The notes: generated by a model from the sequence alone, not told the origin. A DNA stretch of 64,000 bases from Haliotis rufescens (GCF_023055435.1 NW_025963780.1:4030001-4094000), one strand, 5' to 3'; shown: positions 37,861 to 51,587, numbered from the stretch's first letter. Program-made: numbers and translations.

Positions 37861-38399
37861 CCTCATCTTTGTTGTTTTGTTGTTGCCATTGTTGTTATTC
37901 TGTAACAACTATCTTACATGTTTATGTTTTGCGTATGCATTAAATATCATTCATGCGCGTTAGTAATATATTCGTCTTCAGTTTGGTGGGTTTTTTAACA
38001 AAACAAAGTTGCCTCCAAAAAGGTTGCTTGATAAAATATATTTTCCCCATCTTTTAACAAATAAAATAAATAGTTCATTGGACATGCTAGGTGTTCTGAA
38101 GTATATTGCGCTGTGGGTCCAAGCAAAATTTAGATGGTCGGCACTGAACTTGAAACTCTCTAGAACTATCTCTATCACCATTAAATATCCTCCTATTTTG
38201 TATTTCTTTAAAATGATTTGTTCTTTTCGTTCGTTTCACAGAAAAACTGTTATGAACATATGAACGAAAAATAGTCTGTCTCTCTATCAAACGTCTCAGC
38301 CCCCAGCCCATGCCGAATAGTTAATGTAAGCTTCCTAAGGAGATGTCGAAATTGTATATTGCTGCCGCTCATTGAATTGTTTTGTAACTACTTTTATCT

Positions 38400-40317
38400 G
38401 TATAAAAGCTCTAGTCATACTCTCTACTTCTGTATGTCAGCTCCAGTCATTCTCCCTACTTCTGTATGTCAGCTCAAGTCATACTCCCTACTTCTGTATA
38501 TCAACTCTAGTCATACACTCTACTTCTGTATATCTGCTCTAGTCATATTCTCTACTCCTGTATATCAATTCTAGTCATACTCTCTACCTCTGTATATCAG
38601 CTCAAGACACTCCCTACTTCTGTGTGTCAGCTCCAGTCATACTCCCTACTTCTGTATGTCAGCTCCAGTCATACTCCCTACTTCAGTATGTCAGCTCCAG
38701 TCATACTCCCTACTTCTGTATATCAACTCTAGTCATACACTCTACTTCTGTATATCTGCTCTAGTCATATTCTCTACTCCTGTATATCAATTCTAGTCAT
38801 ACTCTCTACCTCTGTATATCAGCTCAAGACACTCCCTACTTCTGTGTGTCAGCTCCAGTCATACTCCCTACTTCTGTATGTCAGCTCCAGTCATACTCCC
38901 TACTTCAGTATGTCAGCTCCAGTCATACTCCCTACTTCTGTATATCAACTCTAGTCATACACTCTACTTCTGTATATCTGCTCTAGTCATATTCTCTACT
39001 CCTGTATATCTGCTCTAGTCATACACTCTACTTCTGTATATCTGCTCTAGTCATACTCCCTACTTCTGTGTGTCAGCTCCAGTCATACTCCCTACTTCTG
39101 TGTGTCAGCTCCAGTCATACTCCCTACTTCTGTATGTCAGCTCCATTCATACTCCCTACTTCTGTATGTCAGCTCAAGTCATACTCCCTACTTCTGTATG
39201 TCAGCTCCAGTCATATTCCCTACTTCTGTACGTCGGCTAGAGTCATACTCCCTACTTCTGTATGTCAGCTCCACTCATATTCCCTACTTCTGTATATCAA
39301 CTCCAGTCATTCTCCCTACTTCTGTATGTCAACTCCAGTCATACTCCCTTCTTCTGTACGTTAGCTAGAGTCATACTCCCTGCTTCTGTATGTCAGCTCC
39401 AGTCATACTCCCTACTTCTGTATGTCAGCTCCAGACATAATCCCTACTTCTGTATGTCAGCTCCAGTCATATTCCCTACTTCTGTATATCAACTCCAGTC
39501 ATTCTCCCTACTTCTGTATGTCAACTCCAGTCATATTCCCTACTTCTGTACGTTAGCTAGAGTCGTACTCCCTACTTCTGTATGTCAATTCCAGTAATAC
39601 TCCCTACGTCTGTATGTCAACTCCAGTCATATTCCCTACTTCTGTATGTCAGCTCCAGTCATACTCTCTACTTCTGTATGTCAGCTCTAGCCATACTCCC
39701 TATTTCTGTATATAAGCTCTAGTCATACTCTCTACTTCTGTATGTCAGCTCCAGTCATACTCCCTCCTTCTTTATATAAGCTGTAGTCATACTCCATCCT
39801 TCTGTATGTCAGCTCCAGTCATATTCCCTACTTCTGTTTGTCAGCTCCAGTCATACACTCTACTTCTGTATGTCAACTCTAATCATACTCCCTACTTCTG
39901 TATGTCAGCTCCAGTCATACTCTCTACCTCTGTTTGTCAGCTCCAGTCATACTCTCTACCTCTGTATGTCAGCTCCGGTCATGCTCTCTACTTCTGTATG
40001 TCAGCTCAAGTCATACTCTCTACTTCTGTATGTCAACTCAAGTCATACTCTCTACTTCTGTATGTCAGCTCCAGTCATATTCTCTACTTCTGTATGTCAG
40101 CTCGAGTCATAATCTCTACCTCTGTATGTCAGCTCGAGTCATGTTCTCTATTTCTGTATGTCAGCTCCAGTCATACTCTCTACCTCTGTTTGTCAACTCC
40201 AGTCATACTCCGTATCTCTGTATGTCAGCTCTGGTCATACTCCTTACTTCTGTCTGTCAGGTCCACTCATACTCCTTACTTCTGTTTGTCAACTCCAGTC
40301 ATACTCCCTACTTCTGT
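38400..40317. repeat. 32-bp minisatellite, about 60 copies
   Basis: Unit ctccagtcatactccctacttctgtatgtcag. Confidence 0.95.
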
Positions 40318-43300
40318 AGTGTTTCTAACTACCGTAGTGTCTCTACATACCCACTTAACTACCGTAGTGGTTCTATCCACCCGCTTTACAACCGTAGTGT
40401 CTCTATAAACCCCTTAGCTACCGTTATGTCTCTACATACCCGCTTAATTACCGTAATGTTTCTACATACCCGCTTAACAACAGTAGTGTCTCTACATACC
40501 CGCTTAACTACCGTAGTGTCTCTATCCACCCGCTTCACTACCGTAGTGTCTCTACATACCCGCTTAACTACCGTAGTGTCTCTACATACCCGCTTAACTA
40601 CCGTAGTGTCTCTATCCAGCCGCTTAACTACCGTAGTGTCTCTTCATACCCGCTTCACTACCGTAGTGTCTCTGTAAACCCGCTCAACTACTGTAATGTC
40701 TCTACATACCCGCTTAACTACCATAGTGTCTCTATCCACCTGCTTAACTACCGTAGTGTCTCTACATACCCGCTTAACTACCATAGTGTCTCTATCCACC
40801 CGCTTCACTACCGTAGTGTCTCTACATACCCGCTTCACTACCGTAGTGTCTCTACATACCCGCTTAACTACCGTAGTGTCTCTACATACCCGCTTAACTA
40901 CCATAGTGTCTCTACATACCCGCTTAACTATCGTAGTGTCTCTACATACCCGCTTAACTACCGTAGTGTCTCTACATACCCGCTTAACTACCATAGTGTC
41001 TCTACATACCCGCTTAACTACCGTAGTGTCTCTACATACCCACTTATATATTGTAGTGTCTCTACATACCCGCTTAACTACCGTAGTGTCTCTACATACC
41101 CGCTTAACTACCGTAGTGTCTCTATCCATCCGCTTCACTACCGTAGTGTCTCTACATACTCGCTTCTCTACCTTAGTGTCTCTACATACCCGCTTAACTA
41201 CCGTAGTGTCTCAACATACCCGCTTAACTACCGTAGTGTCTCTACATACCCGCTTATCTACCGTAGTGTCCCTACATACCCGCTGAACTACCGTAGTGTC
41301 TCTACATACCCGCTTATCTACCGTAATATCTCTACATACCCGCTTATCTACCGTAATATCTCTACATACCCGCTTAACTACCATAGTGTCTCTACCCACC
41401 CGCTTCACTACCGTAGTGTCTCTACATACCCGCTTAACTACCATAGTGTCTCTACATACCCGCTTAACTACCGTAGTGTCTCTACATACCCACTTATATA
41501 TTGTAGTGTCTCTACATACCCGCTTAACTACCGTAGTGTCTCTACATACCCGCTTAACTACCGTAGTGTCTCTATCCATCCGCTTCACTACCGTAGTGTC
41601 TCTACATACTCGCTTCTCTACCTTAGTGTCTCTACATACCCGCTTAACTACCGTAGTGTCTCAACATACCCGCTTAACTACCGTAGTGTCTCTACATACC
41701 CGCTTATCTACCGTAGTGTCCCTACATACCCGCTTAACTACCGTAGTGTCTCTACATACCCGCTTATCTACCGTAATATCTCTACATACCCGCTTATCTA
41801 CCGTAATATCTCTACATACCCGCTTAACTACCATAGTGTCTCTACCCACCCGCTTCACTACCGTAGTGTCTCTACATACCCGCTTCACTACCGTAGTGTC
41901 TCTACATACCCGCTTAACTACCGTAGTGTCTCTACATACCCGCTTAACTACCGTAGTGTCTCTGTAAACCCGCTTAACTACTGTAATGTCTCTACATACC
42001 CGCTTAACTACCGTAGTGTCTCTATCCACCCGCTTAACTACCGTAGTGTCTCTACATACCCGCTTAACTACCGTAGTGTCTCTATCCACCCGCTTCACTA
42101 CCGTAGTGTCTCTATCCACCCGCTTCACTACCGTAGTGTCTCTACATACCCGCTTAACTACCATAGTGTCTCTACATACCCGCTTAACTATCGTAGTGTC
42201 TCTACATACCCACTTAATTACCGTAGTGTCTCTACATACCCGCTTAACTACCATAGTGTCTCTACATACCCGCTTAACTACCGTAGTGTCTCTACATACC
42301 GGCTTATATATTGTAGTGTCTCTACATACCCGCTTAACTACCGTAGTGTCTCTACATACCCGCTTAACTACCGTAGTGTCTCTATCCATCCGCTTCACTA
42401 CTGTAGTGTCTCTACATACTCGCTTCTCTACCTTAGTGTCTCTACATACCCGCTTAACTACCGTAGTGTCTCAACATACCCGCTTAACTACCGTAGTGTC
42501 TCTACATACCCGCTTATCTACCGCAGTGTCTCTACATACCCGCTTAACTACCGTAGTGTCTCTACATACCCGCTTATCTGCCGTAATATCTCTACATACC
42601 CGCTTAACTACCATAGTGTCTCTACCCACCCGCTTCACTACCGTAGTGTCTCTACATACCCACTTCACTACCGTAGTGTCTCTACATACCCGCTTAACTA
42701 CCGTAGTGTCTCTACATACCTGCTTAACTACCATAGTGTCTCTACATACCCGCTTAACTATCGTAGTGTCTCTACATACCCGCTTAACTACCGTAGTGTC
42801 TCTATCCACCCGTTTCACTACCGTAGTGTCTCTGTAAACCCGCTTAACTACTGTAATGTCTCTACATACCCGCTTAACTACCGTAGTGTCTCTAAATACC
42901 CGCTTATCTACGGTAATGTCTCTACATACCCTCTTAACTACCGTAGTGTCTCTACATACCCGCTTAACTACCGTAGTGTCTCTAAATACCCGCTTATCTA
43001 TGGTAATGTCTCTACATACCCGCTTAACTACCGTAGTGTCTCTACATACCCGCTTAACTACCGTAGTGTATCTACATACCCGCTTATCTACGGTAATGTC
43101 TCTACATACCCGCTTAACTACCGTAGTGTCTCTACATACCCGCTTAACTACCGTAGTGTCTCTACATACCCGCTTAACTACCGTAGTGTCTCTACATACC
43201 CGCTTAACTACCATAGTGTCTCTACATACCCGCTTATATATTGTAGTGTCTCTACATACCCGCTTAAGTACCGTAGTGTCTCTACATACCCGCTTAACTA

Positions 43301-44160
43301 CCGTAGTGTCTCTATCCATCCGCTTCACTACCGTAGTGTCTCTACATACCCGCTTCACTACCTTAGTGTCTCTACATACCCGCTTAACTACCGTAGTGTC
43401 TCAACATACCCGCTTAACTACCGTAGTGTCTCTACATACCCGCTTATCTACCGTAGTGTCTCTACATACCCGCTTAACTACCGTAGTGTATCTACATACC
43501 CGCTCAACTACCCTAGTGTCTCTACATACCCACTTATCTACTGTAGTGTCTCTTCATACCCGCTTAACTACCGTAGTGTCTCTACATACCCGCTTAACTA
43601 CCGTAGTGTCTCTACATACCCGCTCAACTACCCTAGTGTCTCTACATACCCACTTATCTACCCTAGTGTCTCTACATACCCGCTTAACTACCGTAGTGTC
43701 TCTACATACCCGCTTTACTACCGTAGTGTCTCTATCCAACCTCTTCACTACCGTAGTGTCTCTACATACCCGCTTAACTACCGTAGTGTATCTACATACC
43801 CGCTCAACTACCCTAGTGTCTCTACATACCCACTTATCTACTGTAGTGTCTCTTCATACCCGCTTAACTACCGTAGTGTCTCTACATACCCGCTTAACTA
43901 CCGTAGTGTCTCTATCCAACCTCTTCCCTACCGTAGTGTCTCTACATACCCGCCTAACTACCGTAGTGTATCTACATACCCGCTCAACTACCCTAGTGTC
44001 TCTACATACCCGCTTATCTACCATAGTGTCTCTACATACCCGCTTAACTACCGTAGTGTCTCTTAATACCCGCTTATATATTGTAGTGTCTCTACATACC
44101 CGCTTAACTACCGTAGTGTCTCTACATACCCGCTTAACTACCGTAATGCCTCTATATACC
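40318..44160. repeat. 30-bp minisatellite, about 128 copies, with higher-order structure
   Basis: Unit cgcttaactaccgtagtgtctctacatacc, in exact register over 3.8 kb. Confidence 0.97.
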
Positions 44161-44204
44161 CCTGAACTAACTTGATCTCTCTGTATATCCGCATACTTCC
44201 GTGA

Positions 44205-44952
44205 TGTATGTATAATTCCCGCTTAATCCACTATGGAAGAACATCACTGTGTGATCACTATTACAGACGTTGTATTAAGTACTGGTGTCGACTACTTAGA
44301 TTACATAAAACAAGATATCCGTATGCCTGTTACCATATGTTAAAAGCATTTGACGAAAATGGTCAAACTAACTGGGTTTCTTATATGAGACAATTTTTGT
44401 TTCAAACTGGGTTTTCATATGTGTGGATATCTCAGGATTGCGGCAATTTGAAAACTAATGCTTCGTGGTTATATTCAAACAACTATGTAAAGATATTGAA
44501 TTGGCGTTACAAAATCCCAAATTCTTCTTTCCTTGATGTTTATTCATCTTATAAATGACTATTCGAACCAGACAAATACCTGTCTACTTTCGCATGTGAA
44601 AGAGATCTATGAGTTTATGTACGAAATGTAACCGCTATGAAAAAGAAAATGGATGTCATTTTTTGGTAATTTGTCCTTTTTATAAAAGTAGTAGAGAAAA
44701 TTTAATTCCAAAATGTTACCATGTGCAACCATCTGTCCCAAAATTTATCAGTTTTCTATCTACCAGAAATGATTGTATTATTAAAATCCTGGCCATATAT
44801 TTAAAAAGACATTTACCTATGTAAATACAAATGTCAATAAAGATGAACGTTTGTTGTAAGAAAATATGTGCATGTGCATAGTATATATTATTCCTGTAAA
44901 TGAACTCTGGGCCATGTGGCTTTCATTCGTGAATAAACTTCTTCTTCTTCTT
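44205..44952 (+). mobile_element. 5'-truncated, decayed LINE (ORF2 C-terminal region)
   Basis: Frames give YYRRCIKYWCRLLRL...RYPYACYHML...NWVSYMRQFLFQTGFSYVWISQ and CTKC...ENGCHFLVICPFY, typical of non-LTR ORF2 downstream of RT. Broken by stops and frameshifts; ends aataaa(ctt)n. Confidence 0.8.
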
Positions 44953-45116
44953 ATCCACTATGCCCTCGTTAATATCCCTTCAACCATTTCGTTGGGTTCG
45001 AATCTGAAATTCATTGTTCATAAGACAATCTGCTGTAGTGAGTCATAATCACCAATGTTCTCTTCGTTGATACATAAAACACTCTCAATAAACCAAACAA
45101 AAAGGAGAATACTTAC

Positions 45117-45162
45117 ATGTAACGAAAAGCAAAACCATATAGAATGAGACACTTCCAGCCAT
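45117..45162 (-). CDS. FAMeT-like-domain type I membrane protein, coding exon 1 (signal peptide)
   Basis: ATG at 45162 gives MAGSVSFYMVLLFVT, with a phase-1 donor T|GTAAGT. It joins in frame with the exon at 35948 to complete a signal peptide (...LLFVTYGTC-LRV). The pairing across a 9.2-kb intron is inferred. Confidence 0.65.
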
Positions 45163-47749
45163 AGTCAACGCCTCGACTTGTGGTCTTCCCAACTGCACAC
45201 GAATCAGCTCTTCTGGTTTGTTCGTGAAGGTCCTTCCATCGACTGCTCAGAATCAGTGCATCTGGTTTGTCCGTGAATCCTCCATCGACTACTCAGGGTA
45301 ATGTTGTATACAGCCTCGCCATTGATTCTGGGCAGCGTATCAGAGGTACATGCTCGCACAAAGGCCCCGCGTGGCAGAGCATGACAGAGCATGACAGAGC
45401 ATGACAGCTACGTCATGGCAAGAACATGGCGTTTTTGTGTGTATGGCTTCATTTGCGATGTTAAACAGCAGGGTTCCTAATGCTTGTTCTGTTTTGTTCA
45501 TTTTTCAGTTTTTAGCATGTCAGTCATGTCGATTGTCTTGGGTAATTACTGAGGGTGTAAATGATTTTGTAAAACATGTGCTTGTTAATCTGCGTGTGTG
45601 TTTGTACTAGTTCGGATTAATGTCAGTTTTATAGTGCTCGCCTGGCATGCCATTCATCAGTTTAACATGTATACTGACTCCGAGTCGACCAGTCCTTGTT
45701 TTATCCCCTAAATGCTGATCGCCAGGCAGGGTGACAACATGTACCATCTTTAGGTATGACACGGTTGAGGATCGAACCACAGACCTTTCGCTCTCTGGAC
45801 AGACGCTCTATCCACTAGACCACGGATGGACTATGTGTCTAATCGGGACGACTGGGACATCCAAGCCTAAATTGACCCGGTCATCTAAGGCGCCGCAATT
45901 AGCTGTGCGGAGTTGCGTCCCTTACGCGTCCTGTCTTTGTAGGTTCGAAGGCAATATTCGCCCTTATAATTTGTTTTGGTTTGTCTGAGACAAAGACCTG
46001 CATCACTTTGGGGTTTTCCTTCCAAATGAAGCTGACAGGCCCTGATATAACTGAACTAATATTCCAAGGGGCGTAAACCAAAACCCACTCACTCAATATA
46101 CAGTAAATAAACAATATATACAAGATGCTTGTATGAATCGCGGAGGTTTAGGTCGGACGATGCAGGGGCACGGGTTACCAAGTGGTCCTAGTGCGCCACT
46201 ATTCGCTGTGCAGAGTTACGTCCCTTGAGGGCCCCCAGAAACCTATGATTATGTGTTCGAATCCCGGTTCGCCCTAATCATGTTTCTGTTTGTCAGCACT
46301 ATACCCGTGCTCGTGGGCTTCACCAAAGTGGTAAATGTCTGACATCTGCATCACTTCGGGTTTCCCTCCCACATTGACGCACCGTGATATGACTGGAATA
46401 ATGTCAAAAGCAATGTTAAACCCAATTCACTCACTCAAAAGACGTTGCCATACTTATAAACAGCAGTGTTTTACACTACGACTCACGTAACTATTCACGC
46501 TATGAAATGGCCCCTTTTACGTGCCATACAATGGACTTCGCCATACCCTTAACCGTAAACAGCATCGTTTCGCGCCGAGCCATCACTTACTGAAAGTTAC
46601 ACCTGTGTATATGCCAACGACAAAGGATTCACACCTGAAGGTACAATAACTATGTCTTAAAGTGTTCAACTATATATATCAATGTTGATGTACCCTCAAC
46701 GCCCATCATTGATTCGCATCAACACCATTGATGCTGCACGAAGTCAAGACGTAATTGGTCATATTTATCGACTGGTACGCGCTGCAGTGTACTTGGTGCA
46801 TGTACAACACCATTGAGGGTTCGGAAAATAGAAATCGATAAAATTACATCAACCGTGCACACAGCTGATTTGATTTTTAAGTACTTGTTGACACACAAGT
46901 GCTAAATGAATGCTAGTAATGTGCGAATTCGCCCTTGGAAAATGTGTTATGTATTCTGTTGGGCAAAAGAAAGACAGCCATGGTGGCTAAAATGAAGCAA
47001 ACAAGAAATAGTTATTCGATGGGCTGTTTGTTTGTTTGTTTGTTTGTGTTTTTGTTTGTTGAACGCCGCACTCTGCAGTAGTCCAGCTATATGACGGCGG
47101 TCTGTAAAAAATCGAGTCTTGACCAGACAATTCGGTGATTGACATCATGAGCATCGATCTACGCAATTGGTATACGTTGTTATGCATTAACCAAGTCAGC
47201 GAGCCAGACCAACCGATCCCGTTAGTTGCCTCTTACGACAAGCATTTTCACCTCTTACGGCAAGCATGGTTGCTGAAGCCCTATTCCAACCATGGTGATG
47301 TATTTCATACGGGCCTTAAGACTGCAGAGCTTCGGCGACTGTTGTAGTCCGGTAAAGTTTTGATAAGGTTTGTAATGCTTTGTTCATTACGGAATTTCAA
47401 ACTATGTTGCAAAATGCAAAACTTAGATGTTCATTTGTTGGCTCTGACTTACTTGAATTAGTATTGTTACTTTACTCTGATGACATTTGTATTTTTGATA
47501 ATAGTGGTTTAAAGCGGCGCTGACTCCAACTCACTCACTCACTGATGACAGTGTTATTGCTTCACAAAGAAAGATTGACATCCTCCATCAGTTTTGTATA
47601 TTTTGAGGGTTAGAAGTTAATATGAATAAAAGGGAGATTTTACTTTTTTTTGAAATAGTGGTATTTTCCGATCATATATAATAGGGTCATTGACGTTAAT
47701 CGTCGAAGGCGTCTACGTATTATAATTACCTAGGGTGTTATTTTCAACC

Positions 47750-48330
47750 AGATTATCTTGGACAAAGTTAACTGTTTCCATTGTTAACAAACTAGTAAGG
47801 CGCCACTAGTTATTTAAAACCTATACAGTAAATTGCCAAATTTGCATGTGAATGTGCTATTGGAAATATCTGAGAGCACGATGAAGCTAGTGTTATTATA
47901 TAGAGCTGAAGTATGACGACCCCATGAAAGAAAGGTTCTAGACAGATTTCACACAAATATCTGTAAATATGTTTTGGGAGTTGGTAAACATGGTTAAACT
48001 AATCTATTTTAGCAGAATATGGGAGAACAGGCATGTATATTAATTATTATTTGAAATGTGTAACTTATAAGTGTAATTTATTGAAAATACCGGAGGTCGT
48101 TATCCAAAATATTTTTATTGACTTATGAAAAACTTAGACGTGACAGGAAGACATACCAGGGCGCCATTTTTAAAAACATTGTTCTGTTCATATGGTTTTG
48201 GTTTGTCTGGTATAATCAAGCCGTGAGCAGTGTTAAACACTTTAGTCTACTTTCAAGCAAAGGCTAGTGCATTGTGATAAACAACAGGTGTTTTGGAAGA
48301 TTATAGATGCTCCACATTTCGTACATTATA
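47750..48330 (+). mobile_element. Highly decayed LINE ORF2 fragment
   Basis: Remnant peptides LLYRAEV, DRFHTNICKYVLGVGKH and LAEYGRTGMYINYYLKCV resemble the same post-RT LINE region. Confidence 0.55.
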
Positions 48331-48592
48331 AACAGATTCGCTGTTAGGTGTTGAATATTGTGTGGCTAACATTCACGTAAAAGAGGTCAGAAGATATATG
48401 TGTCTACCGACACGACATGCTTACAGCGACAATTTAACAACTGTTCTTTCTGTAAAATGTGTTCATTTCAGTGACGAGAACGTTCTTTTGTTTAGAGTTT
48501 GGAGTTTGGAGTCCAGAATCACGGTCAAAGCTGCACAAAAGTAGAACTATTTCAGACACTGTTTTAGATATTTCTGACGGGGACACTGTTGT

Positions 48593-49446
48593 GGCCTTGT
48601 CACACTACAACGTATAGCAGTAACGTATGGCGACATATGAGTTTTTTGGCAAAACGCCGGCAACGCTTAAACACGCTATGGATAAGTTAGGTGTAACTTG
48701 TATACGTTAAAAGCACGCTGGTATACGTTGTAGTACGCCGACGCTTAAAAACATTTTTGTGCATGCACAAAATTTTCGGCGTATGGGAACGTATGCAGGT
48801 ATGAATTATACGTTAGGCATACGTTAGACGCACGCTCCAAATATACGTTTACATACGTTTTAGGCACCTTTCCCCTGCGCTGAGCACGCTAGTCATACGT
48901 TATTCATACGCTGTGCATACGCTGGCCATACGTTGAGTGAGTGAGTTGGGTTTAACGCCGCTTTTAACAGTTATTACAGTTATATCGCGGCGTGTCAGCT
49001 TAATGTGGGAGGAAAGCCCGAAGTGATGCAGGTCTCAGACGTTTACCACTTCGGTGAAACCCACGAGCACGGGTATGGTGCTGACAAACCTAGAAACATA
49101 ATCGGGGTGAATCGGGATACGAACCCACAATCATAGGTTTCTGGCGTGTCCGAAGCGACGCAACTCTGCACACAGTGAATCGCGGCGCCTTAGACGACTG
49201 GGCCACCCGTGCCCCCGGCCATACATGCCAGACACATGCTGGCAATACGCTTTTATACGCTGTCATAAGTTATGTATAAGTCAGTGATACGCTAGTAATA
49301 CGTCAGACATGCGTTACATATACGGTAAAGTCTCGTTACGGATACGCCAACATCATGTTTTTTCGGTGAAAGCTCGGCGTATGACAGCGTACTAACTGTA
49401 CACGCTAGGTGCAAGTTACTCTAAAACGTTGTAGTGTGACAGGGCC
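48593..49446. mobile_element. Non-autonomous TIR DNA transposon with internal 'atacg' subrepeats
   Basis: 21-bp TIRs ggccttgtcacactacaacgt ... acgttgtagtgtgacagggcc; interrupted by a family C SINE. No clean TSD seen. Confidence 0.8.
48934..49217 (-). mobile_element. SINE family C inserted in a TIR element
   Basis: Flanked by the direct repeat ggccatac inside the 48593-49446 element. Confidence 0.88.
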
Positions 49447-50068
49447 ATTAGCAGGATTTCAAGTTTGATAAATTTGATAGATCTGATGTAGACCGAAACG
49501 TGAAAGGAGCATCTGATACTCCCCAGACAGGTTGTCCCACGGATACGAGATGCCAAGCTGACATCATCAGGGCCCACTTGCACAAAACGATCTTAGCACT
49601 AAGATGATCGTAACTCCCACACTTTAACATGGGCTTACGCCAGTCGTAGCGCTAAGATCGCTTTGTGCAGGTGGGCACTGGGTAGCAGAAGGTTGATCAC
49701 GCCATGAAAATTCCAACCAGTTTCAGTCAGGATCCAGGAAATTGAGGAAGTACAACCACATGCAGAAAAGGAACTTCGTTCCCTCATTGGCCGAAAATTC
49801 TTGAAAAAAATAATTATGTTTCAAACCTATGAAACCAAAAGAAATTGCCTTTCACAAACATAACATTGTTGCTACGTGTGTTTCTTTTATAAAATCAGGC
49901 ATCGTGCATATTAATCAATAAAACAATCTGGTTTTGCAGCTGAAGCTGGAAAAATATGAAATCAATTATATCGATACAAAATCAAACACTCAATAAGTTT
50001 TGATACAACGATAACGGTGTTTATACCAATCAATGACATAACATTTGCTGACATTGGTCAACCAAGGT

Positions 50069-50893
50069 CACACTCCATCTCGGCTTGGACACTCGGTTAT
50101 GGGCTGGGAAGGCGAAAATCAATCCCTCAGAGTTAGAAATTACGTTCGCCTTCCCGGTCATCACAAAAATTCTTATTATGGCAGATGATCGCCTTCCCGG
50201 TACTTGTTAATTACAAAGAAAACACCAATGAAATGAGGACACTATTTAATCTGGGCAACAAAGTCAATATATAACAAATATAGTATAACATATCATATAT
50301 CATTCATGTATTTGAAGATGTATATAGACATACACGTCCAACCAAGCTCTCCAGCTCATTACCCACAATGAAAGACATCGCCAAGTCACTGCCGCGGGAG
50401 CTTGTCTCCATCCTGGAGCCCCTGCTGGCTTACCGGGTTGGGGACTACTCCCTCAGGACTTCCCATAAGTCCAACTCCTCTACCCTCTCCATCTCCTTTG
50501 ACACTTGCAGTGACTTGACCTTGGTCAAAGGAAGAGGCCCCTGGGCAAAGCTCCGGTTTAGCCCAAGCCTCAGGTGAAACCCACACCGGCATCTGCCTCT
50601 CCTGTCCCCCGCCCGGTGCAAAACCCCGAACCCCTTAGCTTTATTAGATTACACTGTAAAATTTTATATTTTTGGGGGTTGCACTTCTTTATTTATTCAT
50701 TACGCTTTTTTCCCCCAATAGTATAAGTGCTTCCCCGTGTGCGTCTTGTGACCCCCGCCGTGATATTGCTGGAATATTGCTAAAAGCGGCGTAAAACCAT
50801 ACTCACTCACTCACTCCCCGTGTGCGAGATACGCATTAGTCGGAAAGCGCACGTTAAATCTCCCAGATTGATTGATTGATTGATTGATTGATT
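50069..50893 (+). mobile_element. Retroposed insertion with (GATT)n tail and 12-bp TSD
   Basis: Direct repeat gtcaaccaaggt at 50057-50068 and 50894-50905; ends gcgcacgttaaatctccca(gatt)n. Contains a 5'-truncated family A SINE with its own TSD tccccgtgtgcg. Confidence 0.65.
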
Positions 50894-50930
50894 GTCAACC
50901 AAGGTTAATTTTGGTCTCACCTCTGTCAAA

Positions 50931-51100
50931 GGGGCGGTCGGGTAGCCTAGTGGTTAAAGCGTTCGCTCGTCACGCCGAAGACCCGGGGTCGATTCCGGAC
51001 ATGGGTACAATGCGTGAAGCCCATTTCTGGTGTCCCCCGCCGTGATATTGCTGGAATATTGCTAAAAGCGGCGTAAGACCATACTCACTCACTCACTCAC
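50931..51100 (+). mobile_element. SINE family A (tRNA-headed, about 165 bp, (CACT)n tail), intact representative
   Basis: Pol III A box (tagcctagtgg), B-box-like motif (ggttcgattcc in most copies) and tail ...gctggaatattgctaaaagcggcgtaa..actcactcac. Other copies at about 991-1136, 1194-1295, 9902-10067, 12822-12983, 13070-13213, 20600-20730, 25730-25890, 30349-30480 and 50752-50816. Confidence 0.9.
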
Positions 51101-51234
51101 TTAAAGCCGGAGTTGTCCAGTGTTTTGAAATCGAACACGATCTTTGACGAGCCTTCCACAGAACTGTCGCAACCATTTGTGATGTATCTGAACCAAACAA
51201 TCAAATTATACGGTTCACACCCCAAACTGTAAAT

Positions 51235-51587
51235 GACTGCCTCCGTGGTCTTGTGGTAGAGCATCCGCCCGCAGAGCGGAAAGCCCGGCGTTCGATCCCC
51301 GGCCGCGTCATACCAAAAAACGTTTAAAAATGGTATTTGTTGTTACCTTGTCTGGTGCTCGGCATAAAGGGGCTTAAACAAGGACTGGTCGGCTGGGAGT
51401 CAGTATTCTGTGTCTGAGTGGGATATTCATGTTAAACTGCGGCATGGTATCTCAGTGGGCTAGTACTATCAATCGGCATCAGTGCGGGCTAGTACAAGCA
51501 GCCACACACACACACACGTACATGCACGTCGCTATATAAGTGCAATAATCATGGACGCGACGTTAAACCAAATTTCACCTCAACTCA
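51235..51587 (+). mobile_element. SINE family D with TSD
   Basis: Flanked by the direct repeat ccaaactgtaaat. Confidence 0.85.

Noticed and set aside
40644-44175. Long ORFs (up to 439 aa, SLHTRLTTVV / KRVCRDTTVV repeats)
   Set aside because: Translations of a 30-bp minisatellite that is open on both strands; intronic, with no splice or domain support.
50931-51005. tRNA-like sequences at SINE heads (families A, C, D)
   Set aside because: They continue into SINE bodies with tails and TSDs and lack complete acceptor stems, so they are not called tRNA genes.
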